DNA of 64,000 nt, taken from NCBI GenBank assembly GCA_036000845.1, contig DASYUW010000050.1:8238-72237 (forward strand), in the 5' to 3' direction. The notes below the pieces were generated by a model. It saw nothing but the letters and a program-made list of their open reading frames with translations. It had not been told where the DNA came from and ran no database searches. This document shows positions 34,180 to 43,759 of the stretch, one piece after another (the first letter of the stretch is position 1; each line of letters opens with the position of its first letter). Origin of the DNA: Burkholderiales bacterium (GTDB lineage Bacteria; Pseudomonadota; Gammaproteobacteria; Burkholderiales; JACQAP01). A program made the position numbers and the translations under genes.

Positions 34180-35517
34180 GTGAGCGCGCCGGCTGCAGCG
34201 ACGCAATTCGCCGCTTCACACTGCGACGTGTTCGTTCTCGGCGGCGGTCCCGCCGGTTCGACCATCGCCGCCCTGCTTGCCGAACGCGGCTGGAACGTGG
34301 TGATCGCGGAGAAGGAGCACCATCCGCGCTTCCACATCGGCGAATCGTTGCTTCCGATGAACCTGCCGATGCTGGACAGGCTCGGGGTCAGGGAGCAAGT
34401 GGAGCGCGTCGGCTTGATCAAGTACGGTGCCGAGTTCACTTCGGCGCAGCACGGCGCGCCGGTCACCCTCAATTTCTGCAGCGCCTGGGACAAGGCTTTC
34501 CCCCATTCTTACGAGGTGCGCCGCTCCGTCTTCGACCACATCCTGTTCAGCAACAGCATCGCCAGGGGCGCGCACGCTTTCGAGGAGTGCCGGGTGACCG
34601 GCGTGGAGTTTGCGTCCGGCGAAGACGTGCGCGTCCGCGCCGCGCAGAAAGAAGGCGGCGCCCGCGAATGGCGTGCCCGCTTCTTCGTCGACGCCTCCGG
34701 CCGCGACACGTTCCTGGCCAACCGCTTCGGCATCAAGCGGCGCAATTCCCGCCACAACAGTGCGGCGATTTACGGCCATTTCGAGGGGGCGAAGCGCCTG
34801 CCGGGCAAAGAGGAAGGCAACATCAGCATCTTCTGGTTCGAGCACGGCTGGTTCTGGTTTATTCCCCTGCTCGACGGGGCGACCAGCGTCGGCGCGGTGT
34901 GCTGGCCGTATTACATGAAGACCCGCAAGACCGATCCTGCGCGCTTCCTGCTCGACACCATCGCGCTATGCCCTGCACTGGCAGAACGGTTGCGCGATGC
35001 AACGCTCACCGCCGGGGCCACCGCCACCGGCAATTACTCGTATTACTCCGAGCGCATGTACGGCGATCGCCACATCATGCTCGGCGACGCGTTCGCATTC
35101 GTGGACCCGGTGTTCTCTTCCGGTGTAATGCTGGCGATGAACAGCGCCTTCCTCGGCGCCGAGGCGGTGGATGCCAGCCTCCGCGATCCGGCCACGGCCG
35201 ACGCGGCCCTGTGCAGGTTCGACGAAAACGTGCGCGCCGGAGTGAAGGAGTTCTCCTGGTTCATATTCCGCATGACCAATCCGACCATCCGCGACCTGTT
35301 CATGGGACCGAAGAACCTGCTGCGCATGGAAGAAGCGCTGCTGTCGCTTCTTGCCGGGGACCTGTTCCGCGGCACGCCGATCCAGTGGAGCCTGCGCGCC
35401 TTCAAGTGCGTGTATTACCTGAACAATCTCGCTCATCCGTGGCGCAGCTTCAATGCCTGGCGCAGACGCAAGCGGGCGATACGCGACCGGCAGGACGAGT
35501 CGCCGGCACACGCGTGA
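34180..35517 (+). CDS. FAD-dependent halogenase-like oxidoreductase
   Basis: VFVLGGGPAGS (the GxGxxG FAD site) and GWFWFIPL (the WxWxIP motif of flavin-dependent halogenases). The track ORF starts at 33862 but overlaps fabG antisense; I use in-frame GTG 34180. The start is uncertain. Confidence 0.75.
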   Translation: MSAPAAATQFAASHCDVFVLGGGPAGSTIAALLAERGWNVVIAEKEHHPRFHIGESLLPMNLPMLDRLGVREQVERVGLIKYGAEFTSAQHGAPVTLNFCSAWDKAFPHSYEVRRSVFDHILFSNSIARGAHAFEECRVTGVEFASGEDVRVRAAQKEGGAREWRARFFVDASGRDTFLANRFGIKRRNSRHNSAAIYGHFEGAKRLPGKEEGNISIFWFEHGWFWFIPLLDGATSVGAVCWPYYMKTRKTDPARFLLDTIALCPALAERLRDATLTAGATATGNYSYYSERMYGDRHIMLGDAFAFVDPVFSSGVMLAMNSAFLGAEAVDASLRDPATADAALCRFDENVRAGVKEFSWFIFRMTNPTIRDLFMGPKNLLRMEEALLSLLAGDLFRGTPIQWSLRAFKCVYYLNNLAHPWRSFNAWRRRKRAIRDRQDESPAHA

Positions 35518-36389
35518 TGCGGCGGCGAGGGGGCAGGATTCCGCCACTGCGATGGAATGCCCTCCCGTGCGGTGGGCTGGCGCTTGCCATGATAGTTGCA
35601 ACGCCTCTCGCACGCGCAGCCGAACTGCCACTCTGGGAAGCCGGGGCAGGCACAGCGGTCATCGACTTTCCCGACTACCGCGGAGCGGACGAGCGTCGGG
35701 TACTTGCGCTCCCCTTCCCCTACATCGTCTATCGCGGCGAGTTGTTGCAGGCCAACCGCGAGGGGCTGCGCGGGCAGTTCTTTAGGACCGACCGGGTGGA
35801 TCTGCACCTGAGCGTGAACGGCTCGATCCCCGTGGACAGTTCCGACAACGCCGCCCGCCGCGGCATGCCGGACCTGGATCCGACGCTGGAGATCGGGCCG
35901 CGACTCGATCTCAATCTCCTGCGCAAACCCGACCATGGCATCGAAATGACGTTACGCCTTCCGGTGCGTACTGTGATCGCGTCGGACTTCTCGCACTCGA
36001 AAAACATCGGCTGGATATTCCAGCCACAACTCAATGTGGACTTTCGCGGTATCTGGCCGGGTGAAGGCTGGAACCTCGGCCTGGCGGCGGGGCCGCTATA
36101 CGGCGACAGGCGTTATCATAATTATTTCTACGGCGTCGCGCCGGCTTTCGACACGCCGCAGCGTCCCGCGTTCAACGCCGAAGGCGGCTACGCCGGCAGC
36201 CAGATTCTCGGCGCCGCCAGCAAGCGCTTTCCCTCCTTCTGGGTGGGCGGTTTCGTGCGGCTGGATACGCTCGCGGGTGCAACCTTCGAAGCGAGTCCTC
36301 TGATCCGGAAAAATGACTCGTTTGCGGCAGGCTTTGCGATCGCGTGGATACTCGGAAGGTCGGATAGGATAGTCGAGGCGGAAGATTAA
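35517..36389 (+). CDS. MipA/OmpV-family outer-membrane protein
   Basis: ATGA-type overlap (TGATG) with the preceding stop. The signal peptide ...ATPLARA is followed by DFPDYRGADERRVLALPFPYIVYRG, typical of the MipA family. Confidence 0.75.
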   Translation: MRRRGGRIPPLRWNALPCGGLALAMIVATPLARAAELPLWEAGAGTAVIDFPDYRGADERRVLALPFPYIVYRGELLQANREGLRGQFFRTDRVDLHLSVNGSIPVDSSDNAARRGMPDLDPTLEIGPRLDLNLLRKPDHGIEMTLRLPVRTVIASDFSHSKNIGWIFQPQLNVDFRGIWPGEGWNLGLAAGPLYGDRRYHNYFYGVAPAFDTPQRPAFNAEGGYAGSQILGAASKRFPSFWVGGFVRLDTLAGATFEASPLIRKNDSFAAGFAIAWILGRSDRIVEAED

Positions 36390-37316
36390 ATGCGTTTGCA
36401 CCGGACAACGAATGAGCCTTCATGGAGGCATCGGCGGCAGCCGGCCTCGGCAGGGCACGACATGACCATGCCGCAAGGATCGCCGGACCGCGGCCTTGAG
36501 CGGCCGCCGCTGTGGTTCCCGGCCCGCTCGGCGCGCCTAGCTTACGAATACTTCGTTTTTTGCTTCGGATACCTATACTTCGGCGCCGGGTGTGCCCTGG
36601 TTTCCCTGGTCAGCATGGTGTTGCACCCGCTCCTTCCTGCCCGCTTCGGCGTGCCGCTGGGCCGATGGATGACGGGCGTGCATTTTCGCGGCTTCCTGGC
36701 ACTGCTCAGGGCGAGCGGGCTGGTGCGTATCGACCTCGCCGCGCTCGACCGGCTCTGTGGCGAGCACTCGATCATCATCGCGCCCAACCACCCCTGCCTG
36801 CTCGACGCCGTTTTCGTGCTCTCGCGGCTTCCGCAGGCAGCCTGCATCATGAAAGCGGCGATCTGGGACAACCTGTTCCTCGGCGGCGGCGCGCGTCTGT
36901 CTGGCCACATCCGCAACGACGCGCCGATCAACCTGGTGCGGCTGTCCACCCGGGAACTGCGCGCGGGAAACCAGTTGCTGGTGTTCCCGGAAGGCACGCG
37001 TACGCGCGCGGCGCCGGTCAATGCCTTCAAAGGCGGGTTTGCATTGATGGCGAAGAAATCCGGCGCTGCGGTGCAGACGATATTCATCGAAACCAACAGC
37101 GCGTTTCTGTGCAAGGGCTGGCCGCTGCTGAAAAAACCGGACTTCCCGCTGTTCTATCGAGCGCGCCTGGGCATGCGCTTTAGTGGCGAAAGCGACGTGA
37201 AGGCGTTCGTGTTGAAACTGGAAAACTATTATCGCCGGGCACTCTCCACGCCGATCCCGGTTGAGCCAACGACGGCTCGCGAATCGCGCCGGGCCGCCAC
37301 GTCGAGGTCTCTATAG
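36390..37316 (+). CDS. Lysophospholipid (PlsC-type) acyltransferase
   Basis: IIAPNHPCLLD (the HX4D motif) and VFPEGTRT. An alternative start is ATG 36453. Confidence 0.8.
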   Translation: MRLHRTTNEPSWRHRRQPASAGHDMTMPQGSPDRGLERPPLWFPARSARLAYEYFVFCFGYLYFGAGCALVSLVSMVLHPLLPARFGVPLGRWMTGVHFRGFLALLRASGLVRIDLAALDRLCGEHSIIIAPNHPCLLDAVFVLSRLPQAACIMKAAIWDNLFLGGGARLSGHIRNDAPINLVRLSTRELRAGNQLLVFPEGTRTRAAPVNAFKGGFALMAKKSGAAVQTIFIETNSAFLCKGWPLLKKPDFPLFYRARLGMRFSGESDVKAFVLKLENYYRRALSTPIPVEPTTARESRRAATSRSL

Positions 37317-37396
37317 GAGGCATTGCGGTCTAGAATGGCGGTTGTGCAACCCCGGCATGACGCCGCCAGATAACTCCAACAAAAAAGCAGTCCGCC

Positions 37397-38188
37397 ATGC
37401 CTGACCGCTCCAAGACACATCTAGTTCTGATCCCCAGTTACGACACCGGTGACAAGGTCCTGGAAACAGTCCGCAAAACGCAGCGTCTCTGGGAGCCGGT
37501 GTGGGTGGTGGTGGATGGGAGCACCGACGGCACTGCGGAGCGACTGCAGGCCCTCGCCCGCGCCGACGCCGGACTGCGGGTGTTCGTGCTGCCCCGCAAC
37601 CAGGGCAAGGGTGCCGCAGTACTGCACGGCCTGCGCGCGGCGGTCGCGCAAGGCTACACCCACATACTGACCTTGGACGCCGACGGCCAGCACCCGGCCG
37701 AGCGCATCCCGGCATTCATGCAAATGTCGGCGCTGCAGCCCGAGGCGCTGGTGCTGGGCAAGCCGATGTTCGACGCCACAGCCCCCAGGCTGCGGGTGAT
37801 GGGCCGGCGCATTTCCAACTGGTGGGCAAATCTCGAGACGCTTTGGGCGGGTATCGGCGACTCGCTGTTCGGCATGCGCGTCTACCCGGCTGCGGCGCTG
37901 CTGCAGGTGATGGAGTCGCAGCGCTGGATGCGGCGTTTCGACTTCGACGTCGAAGCCGCGGTGAGGCTGGTATGGGGTGGCGCCCATCCGGTCAACCTGC
38001 CAGCGCCTGTCCGCTATTTCCGCCCCGAGGAAGGCGGCGTGTCACATTTCAACTACCTGCGCGACAACGCGCTGCTGAGCTGGATGCACACCCGGCTGTT
38101 CTTCGGGTTCCTGATAAGGTTGCCGGTATTGATCGCAAAGAAGCTGAGAACAGAGAGGACAGGGGAAAGAGGAAAGACAAAAGCTTAA
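37397..38188 (+). CDS. Glycosyltransferase family 2 (DPM1-like)
   Basis: LVLIPSYDTG...VVVDGSTDGT...LTLDADGQH is the GT-A DxD architecture. The last ~14 codons lie in the heptamer array. Confidence 0.85.
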   Translation: MPDRSKTHLVLIPSYDTGDKVLETVRKTQRLWEPVWVVVDGSTDGTAERLQALARADAGLRVFVLPRNQGKGAAVLHGLRAAVAQGYTHILTLDADGQHPAERIPAFMQMSALQPEALVLGKPMFDATAPRLRVMGRRISNWWANLETLWAGIGDSLFGMRVYPAAALLQVMESQRWMRRFDFDVEAAVRLVWGGAHPVNLPAPVRYFRPEEGGVSHFNYLRDNALLSWMHTRLFFGFLIRLPVLIAKKLRTERTGERGKTKA

Positions 38189-38270
38189 AACCCAAGGAAC
38201 GGGCTCGGCATCGGTCCGTTCTGCTTTTTCTTGCCTCTTTTAACTTTTCTCTTTTGTCTCGCTTCTTCCC
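38146..38270. repeat. Heptamer-array hairpin, purine-rich variant, between convergent genes
   Basis: Left: GAGAACA GAGAGGA CAGGGGA AAGAGGA AAGACAA AAGCTTA. Right: TGCTTTT TCTTGCC TCTTTTA ACTTTTC TCTTTTG TCTCGCT TCTTCCC. Both stop codons (38186-88 and 38240-42) lie inside the element. Confidence 0.75.
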
Positions 38271-40579
38271 GTCAGAATCGCGGCGAACACCAGGCTTAGA
38301 AAGGCACCGATCGCGACCGTGGAGCCGATGGCCGACAGTACCGGGGTGCTGGCGAAACCGATGACGCCGAAGCCGATGACTGTGGAGAGATTGCAGAGCA
38401 ACAGCGAGGTCACGGTACGCTCCGGGATGGCGTTGGCCATGTTGCGGCGCTCGAAGAACAAGGTGTAGTTGGAACCGACACCAATCACCAGCAGCAGCGC
38501 GACCACATGGAAGATGTTGAGCCGGTCGCCACCGGCAATCAGGATCGCGACGGTGACGATGACAGCGGCGGTGAGCGGCGCAAGCACTTCCCAGGAACGC
38601 CGCAATGATCGCAGCGCTGCCGCCAGCAGTAGCACAATCGCGGCCGCACCGAACAGCGCGAACTGCAGCACCCTCGCCAGGTAGCCCTGATACAACGCAT
38701 CGGATTCGCGCTTGAGGTCGAGCAACACCACCCCTTGCGGACCGAAGCGCTCGATTTGCTGTTCCAGCGCGACGGTGTCGGTCACGCCCCGCAGCGGCAG
38801 CATCGCAAACCACTGTGCGCGCCGTTGAACCAGCAGCGCCTCCAGCTTCAACGCCAGCGCTGTGCCCTGCAGGTCCGCACGCACCAGCGCGGGCTGCCTC
38901 TTCGCCGCTTGCGCTTCTTCGACGAACGGCGTAAATACCCCGGCGCGAAACGGCAGACCCTCCGCAGCTTTGGCCAGATCGCGCCGCAGTTTTTCGGCGT
39001 CCGGTATCGCCCTCTGGCGGGCCCGTTGTGCGGCCACGCTCGGAAGATAGTGCGCCGGGGAATCGTAGCCCGCCAGCACTCCAGCGGACTGGAGTCCGGC
39101 GAGTACAACACCCACGCGTTCGGCCGTTTCCAGCGCTGCCTGCTCGGAATCGCCCGTTACCACGACCAGCTGACGCACGTCCGGCGCTCCAAGATCGCTG
39201 CGCAATGCCTCGTCCATGCGTTGATCGGACGCCGATACCGGGCTCAGGCCGGACAGGTCGTCGTTCCACGGTGTTGCACCCTGCAAGGTCAGCCATACGG
39301 CCAGCACGAGAACAATCCCAATCAACGGCACGCGCAATGCGCGGCCGCGCGCGATCAGGCGCAACAGCACCGGCGCCAGCGTGCCCACGGCCCTGACGCT
39401 ATAGCCACGCGGCACCAGTTCGGGCAATACCCAGCGCGTCACCGCCGCCGCCGTCACCAGTCCGGCGATCGAGAACAGCCCGAGCTGCGCCAGCCCTGGG
39501 AATCCGGAGAACAGCATCGCGGCGCAGCCCAACACCGAGGTGAGCACGCCCAGCCGCAACGTCGGCCAAATGCGCTTGAGCGCGGCTTGCGGCGGGCTGC
39601 CCGGCGCCGTGTTGGTGAACAGGTAAATCGCGTAGTCAACCGCCTCGCCGATCAGTGTGGCGCCGAAGCCGAGGGTCACACCGTGCACCGAGCCGAAGCC
39701 CAGGCTAACCGCAGCGATACCGGCCAGCACCCCGCTGGCCACCGGCACCAGTGTCAGCGCGAGCACCCGCACCGAGCGATACGCGATCAGTAGGCCTGCG
39801 GACACCAGGACTGTGGCAATCAGGGAAAAACGCAGCGCATCCTGCTTGATGCCGGCGCGGGACCTGACCGCAAAGACGCCCGGTCCGCTGACTAGCAAGC
39901 GCGCGCTGTCGGCACGCTGTTCGTGCACCGCCTGCTCGAAAGCCGTGCGGATCGCTGCATGCGCCTGCTCCTGCGCGTCCAGGTCGAAACCCGGGGCGCG
40001 GGTCTGAGCCAGCAGCAGCGCGCGGCTACCGTCGCGCGAGAACCAAACGTCGCCGCGCTTGTCCGGCCCGCCTTCCTCGCGCAATTGCTCGAGCAGACGC
40101 AGGAACTCCCCGGTCGGGTCGCGCGGCAATAGCGGCCCAACAAGCATGCTCGCCGGCGAACCGAGCAGGTCGAGCTGGCGCTCCAGCGCCGCGCGCAGGC
40201 CGGTGACGCTGAAGCGTTCCGGCGCCACCGCCCCGCTGAGCAGATAACGATTGCGCAGCAGGAATTCACCGTCGACGCGCAGCCGGTCCTGCGCACCGTT
40301 GGCAACGTGGGCAAAACGCGCATCGTGCTCCAGCCGGGCGGCCAGTCCCCGGCTTACGGCGGCGAGCCGGTCCTGCGGCGCGCCTTCGATTCCGACTAGG
40401 GTCAGCCGCGACACCACGCCGTCGCGCAGTTCGTCCACCAGCATCTGCTGCGCCGGTGTGGGGGAACGCGGTAGAAAGGCCGCGAGATCGGTGCTGAACT
40501 GCGTGCGCGCGATGACGAAGATGCAGGCGGCCACAAGCGCGAGCCACATACCGATGGCCAGCCGTGCCGGAGATGTCAC
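38240..40579 (-). CDS. MMPL/RND-superfamily exporter (ApeM-like)
   Basis: About 780 aa with two 6-TM bundles and two large periplasmic loops. Start assigned to GTG 40579, which forms a GTGA overlap with the upstream stop. The longer N-terminus in the track (40729) is Arg/Pro-rich and implausible. Confidence 0.8.
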   Translation of the reverse strand: MTSPARLAIGMWLALVAACIFVIARTQFSTDLAAFLPRSPTPAQQMLVDELRDGVVSRLTLVGIEGAPQDRLAAVSRGLAARLEHDARFAHVANGAQDRLRVDGEFLLRNRYLLSGAVAPERFSVTGLRAALERQLDLLGSPASMLVGPLLPRDPTGEFLRLLEQLREEGGPDKRGDVWFSRDGSRALLLAQTRAPGFDLDAQEQAHAAIRTAFEQAVHEQRADSARLLVSGPGVFAVRSRAGIKQDALRFSLIATVLVSAGLLIAYRSVRVLALTLVPVASGVLAGIAAVSLGFGSVHGVTLGFGATLIGEAVDYAIYLFTNTAPGSPPQAALKRIWPTLRLGVLTSVLGCAAMLFSGFPGLAQLGLFSIAGLVTAAAVTRWVLPELVPRGYSVRAVGTLAPVLLRLIARGRALRVPLIGIVLVLAVWLTLQGATPWNDDLSGLSPVSASDQRMDEALRSDLGAPDVRQLVVVTGDSEQAALETAERVGVVLAGLQSAGVLAGYDSPAHYLPSVAAQRARQRAIPDAEKLRRDLAKAAEGLPFRAGVFTPFVEEAQAAKRQPALVRADLQGTALALKLEALLVQRRAQWFAMLPLRGVTDTVALEQQIERFGPQGVVLLDLKRESDALYQGYLARVLQFALFGAAAIVLLLAAALRSLRRSWEVLAPLTAAVIVTVAILIAGGDRLNIFHVVALLLVIGVGSNYTLFFERRNMANAIPERTVTSLLLCNLSTVIGFGVIGFASTPVLSAIGSTVAIGAFLSLVFAAILTGRSETKEKS

Positions 40580-41199
40580 CGGTCTTCCCCGTAAACCCTC
40601 ATCACTGACCGATCGCCGTTGGCTTCGTGGACCTCGATCAGATCCACGCGGTCGCGGCTTCCCCCGATCCTGATCAGGCTGATCACCGTACGCATCTCCT
40701 TGTCGCGCGGCACCAGGTACAACCGCCACTGCGCCGGCCCGCCCTCCAGGTCGACACGATAGAAACGCTCGAGCGCCTGGATATCGCCGCTCAAGGTCGA
40801 GCGTATGCTTTCCACGAAGGCACGCAACACCGGGTAATCCTGCAGCCTCAGGCTGCGGCTCTCCCGGCGTGCCGGATTTTCGATGGTGAGCTTGTCGCCG
40901 TCCAGCGTGAGTGTTTCCGGCCTGGGCGAGTGAGTGCGTTTCTCCAGCCGGCCGGGCGCGCTATAGGTCAGCGTTCCACGCAACTCCAGCGGCGCGTTCA
41001 GGACCTTCAGATACTTGCGCTCGACGAAGCGCGCTTTTGAACTCCGGACTTGGCTCAGGTCGCGCATCAGTTTCTCCAAACTCCAGCCTGCGGCCGGTTC
41101 CTGTGCCCATGAACAGGCGCCGCCCAGCAGTCCGGCGATGAAGATCAGCGCGGCCACCGCGGCTTCAGCGCGATGCCGTCGTATCGGCCCAGAAGTCAT
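40576..41199 (-). CDS. LolA-like outer-membrane lipoprotein-carrier-fold protein (ApeL-like)
   Basis: Start MTSGPIRRHRAEAAVAALIFIAGLLGGACSWA (signal peptide). ARFVERKYLKVLNAPLELRGTLTY is typical of the LolA-like proteins of these clusters. Confidence 0.65.
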   Translation of the reverse strand: MTSGPIRRHRAEAAVAALIFIAGLLGGACSWAQEPAAGWSLEKLMRDLSQVRSSKARFVERKYLKVLNAPLELRGTLTYSAPGRLEKRTHSPRPETLTLDGDKLTIENPARRESRSLRLQDYPVLRAFVESIRSTLSGDIQALERFYRVDLEGGPAQWRLYLVPRDKEMRTVISLIRIGGSRDRVDLIEVHEANGDRSVMRVYGEDR

Positions 41200-42067
41200 A
41201 GAAGTTGAACCAGTTGTAGGGTGCCAGCCGACAGTAGTGCTCGATGCGTCTGGCGTAGAGTTCGGTCCACTGGCGCAAGGTCGCATCGCGCGTGGCGCGT
41301 TCCAGCTTCGGTGCGTCCACGAGGCGTTCGAAACACAGGTCGTAGCAGTTGCCGCCGCGGTACAGCCCCACCATCAGCACCACCGGCCGGCCCAGCAGCG
41401 CGGCAATGCGGAACGGCGCCACCGGAAACTGCGCCGGCTCGCCTAGGAACGGCACTTGCACCGTCGCCGAGTTGTCCAACCCGCGATCTCCCAGCATGCC
41501 GACCCAGTCGCCGCGCTCGAAACGCTGGCGCAACTCAAGCATCGATTGTGGCGAACCCAGGCCGATCACCGTCCCTTCCAGTTCCGGATTAATGGCTTTG
41601 GCCAGCGCGTTGACGCTGGGGTTGGCGTGCTCGAACATCGCCAGGCTTACCTGTACCCGGCGGTCGCGGCCAAGCGCGCGCAACACTTCGAAGCTGCCGA
41701 GATGGGCGCCAAGCAGAAGGCAGTTTTCACCGCGCGCCATGGTCTCGAGCAGAATTTCCTCGCCATGGATCCGTACATCGAACTGGTCGAACCGATCGCG
41801 CAGCAGGAACATGCGATCGAGCGCAACGGTCGCGAAATAGTAGTAATGGCGAAACAGGTCGGCGATCCCGGGCCGGCGTCCGAGCACCTTACCCAGATAT
41901 TTCCTCGACGCCGCCTTGGCCTTGACCGAGAAAATCAGAAAGTAGGCGCACACCGGATACAGCAGCGCCCGCGCGACGGGGCGGCCCAGGCCAAGCGCTA
42001 CCCCGACCAGCAGACGGATCGCCGCGGCGTTGGAGCGCTCGCGTTGCTCGAGCCATTGCCGGCTCAA
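41165..42067 (-). CDS. LpxL/HtrB-family lipid acyltransferase-like protein
   Basis: 300 aa. LLGAHLGSFEV is the HX4E motif of the late lipid A acyltransferase family. The TTG start forms a TTGA overlap with the upstream stop. Confidence 0.7.
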   Translation of the reverse strand: MSRQWLEQRERSNAAAIRLLVGVALGLGRPVARALLYPVCAYFLIFSVKAKAASRKYLGKVLGRRPGIADLFRHYYYFATVALDRMFLLRDRFDQFDVRIHGEEILLETMARGENCLLLGAHLGSFEVLRALGRDRRVQVSLAMFEHANPSVNALAKAINPELEGTVIGLGSPQSMLELRQRFERGDWVGMLGDRGLDNSATVQVPFLGEPAQFPVAPFRIAALLGRPVVLMVGLYRGGNCYDLCFERLVDAPKLERATRDATLRQWTELYARRIEHYCRLAPYNWFNFYDFWADTTASR

Positions 42068-43722
42068 GCCGCATCCTCGCGCTGCGAGGCTCCGGATCGC
42101 AGGGTTCCGCTCAGCACGACATCATCCCCGACCCTGCACTCGAACCGGATCGCGCCCGGCCCCTGGAGTTCGAAGCGGATCAGCACCTCTTCGCCGGGAC
42201 GCACCGGACGCAGAAACTTTGCCGAATTCACCGTGCAGCCGGAGTCGGGAAGCTGAAACTGCCCGGCGGCGGCGGCGATGACTTCGTCGAGCAACACTGC
42301 CCCGGGGATGATCGGGTTCCCCGGGAAATGTCCTTGCGCCGCCGGATGGTCCGCGGGAAAGCGCCGGTGGACGATGGCGGCGCGACGCCCGGCTGCCGAC
42401 GTCGATGTCCGCACAAGGCGCGTGAGCGCCTTACGTGGCAGCTTTCCGGTGGCATCGCGCGGCAGCGCATCGACGAAAACCAGCGGCCGCGGCAGGAACA
42501 CCGGATCGATCCTCTGCCGCAGCGCCTGCAGCAGCGCCTCCCGCGACAGCGCCGGCGCTACCACAAACGCGGCGAGCCGGGTGACCCCTTCGCTGCCTTC
42601 GTCCGGCATGAAGAACACGCCGTCCTGCACTCCTTCGATGCCGTTTAGCTGATGGTTGAGATACGCGAGCGAGCTACGTTTTCCGGCGACATTGACCAGG
42701 TCCGCGCTGCGTCCGTGCAAAACGAAAGTCCCCTGGCCGCGCAATTCGATCACGTCGGTGAACGGCACTTCGGCTTCGATGTGACCGCCCTTTACCAGCA
42801 CTTGGTCCCCTTGCCTGCGCAATTGCAGATCCGGCAGGCTGTGCCACTCGGGGCCCTGCACCGTGCGCCGGGAAGCAACCATTCCCGCCTCGGTAAAGCC
42901 GTAGATCTCATGCAGCGGCGCGGCATAGCGCGCCTCGGCCTGCGCCGCCAACTCCGGAGACAGCGGCGCGGTGGCGCAGATGATGAGCTTGAGCGGCGGC
43001 AATTCGATGTCCCCGGCAAGCAGCGTGCGCAGATGCACTGGAGTGGTGACCAGCACGCGATTGCCGGGAATGTCCGCAAGCGCCGCACGCACGTCGGCCG
43101 GATAGAATGGTCGCGCCGCATGCAGCGCCAGCCCGTTGTGCAGCGCCAGCAGAACGGTGGACTCCAGTCCGTACATGTGCTGCGGCGGAACGGTGCCGAC
43201 CAGCGTGACCGCACGATCGCCATCCAGCCCGAAACGCCGTGCCTCGCAGACGGCTCCGCACGCAAGCGCGCCCCAGGTCTTCCGGTGCGGCGTGGGGCGG
43301 CCGGTCGAGCCGGAGGTGAAGGCAATCGCCGCGACCTGGTCCGGCGGGAATGCCGGCACGGTGCTCGAGCCTTTCCGCGCTGTGTCGGATTTCGGATACG
43401 CCACCTGTTCGATGCGATGGTCCTGCCGCGGCGCGTCCGTCAGCACATACAGTTCAGGGTAATCGCACTCGAGCTGGCGCAGCATTTCCGGCGCCTGGTT
43501 CGGCGGCAGCAGGCTGACTTGTCCGCGCGCCAGAGCCGCCGCCAGGCCGACCGCGAAGCGGTAGCGGTCGGCGCAGTAGTTGACCAGAAAGCGCCGCGAC
43601 GGAAGCTGTTCCGCCACGCACTCGATGTCGCCCAGAAAATCCGCCACGGTTGCGGCGTGCGACCCGCGCCGGGCAATCACGTCGTTTGCCTGGCGATGGC
43701 TGATCAGGGGAATCGCCGCCAT
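42064..43722 (-). CDS. AMP-dependent aryl/acyl ligase (ApeH/XanA2-like) fused to a C-terminal FabZ/hot-dog dehydratase-like domain
   Basis: The adenylation domain (FTSGSTGRPTP; YGFTEAG; GKLPRKAL) is followed by ~130 aa with HFPGNPIIPGAVLLDEVI, the hot-dog dehydratase signature. Confidence 0.85.
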   Translation of the reverse strand: MAAIPLISHRQANDVIARRGSHAATVADFLGDIECVAEQLPSRRFLVNYCADRYRFAVGLAAALARGQVSLLPPNQAPEMLRQLECDYPELYVLTDAPRQDHRIEQVAYPKSDTARKGSSTVPAFPPDQVAAIAFTSGSTGRPTPHRKTWGALACGAVCEARRFGLDGDRAVTLVGTVPPQHMYGLESTVLLALHNGLALHAARPFYPADVRAALADIPGNRVLVTTPVHLRTLLAGDIELPPLKLIICATAPLSPELAAQAEARYAAPLHEIYGFTEAGMVASRRTVQGPEWHSLPDLQLRRQGDQVLVKGGHIEAEVPFTDVIELRGQGTFVLHGRSADLVNVAGKRSSLAYLNHQLNGIEGVQDGVFFMPDEGSEGVTRLAAFVVAPALSREALLQALRQRIDPVFLPRPLVFVDALPRDATGKLPRKALTRLVRTSTSAAGRRAAIVHRRFPADHPAAQGHFPGNPIIPGAVLLDEVIAAAAGQFQLPDSGCTVNSAKFLRPVRPGEEVLIRFELQGPGAIRFECRVGDDVVLSGTLRSGASQREDAA

Positions 43723-43759
43723 GGAGATCGCATGCGTGGATCAGTTGCGGGCCAACCCG

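Noticed and set aside
36512-37183. Alternative-frame ORFs within the PlsC-type acyltransferase gene (36512..37183 +, 36542..37114 -)
   Set aside because: The HX4D and FPEGTR motifs identify the 36390..37316 frame as the real one.
38049-39793. ORFs 38049..39296 (-, 415 aa) and 38735..39793 (+, 352 aa) inside the MMPL gene
   Set aside because: They are out-of-frame or antisense shadows of a polytopic transporter gene with clear TM periodicity. Their products are Arg/Gly-rich with no features.
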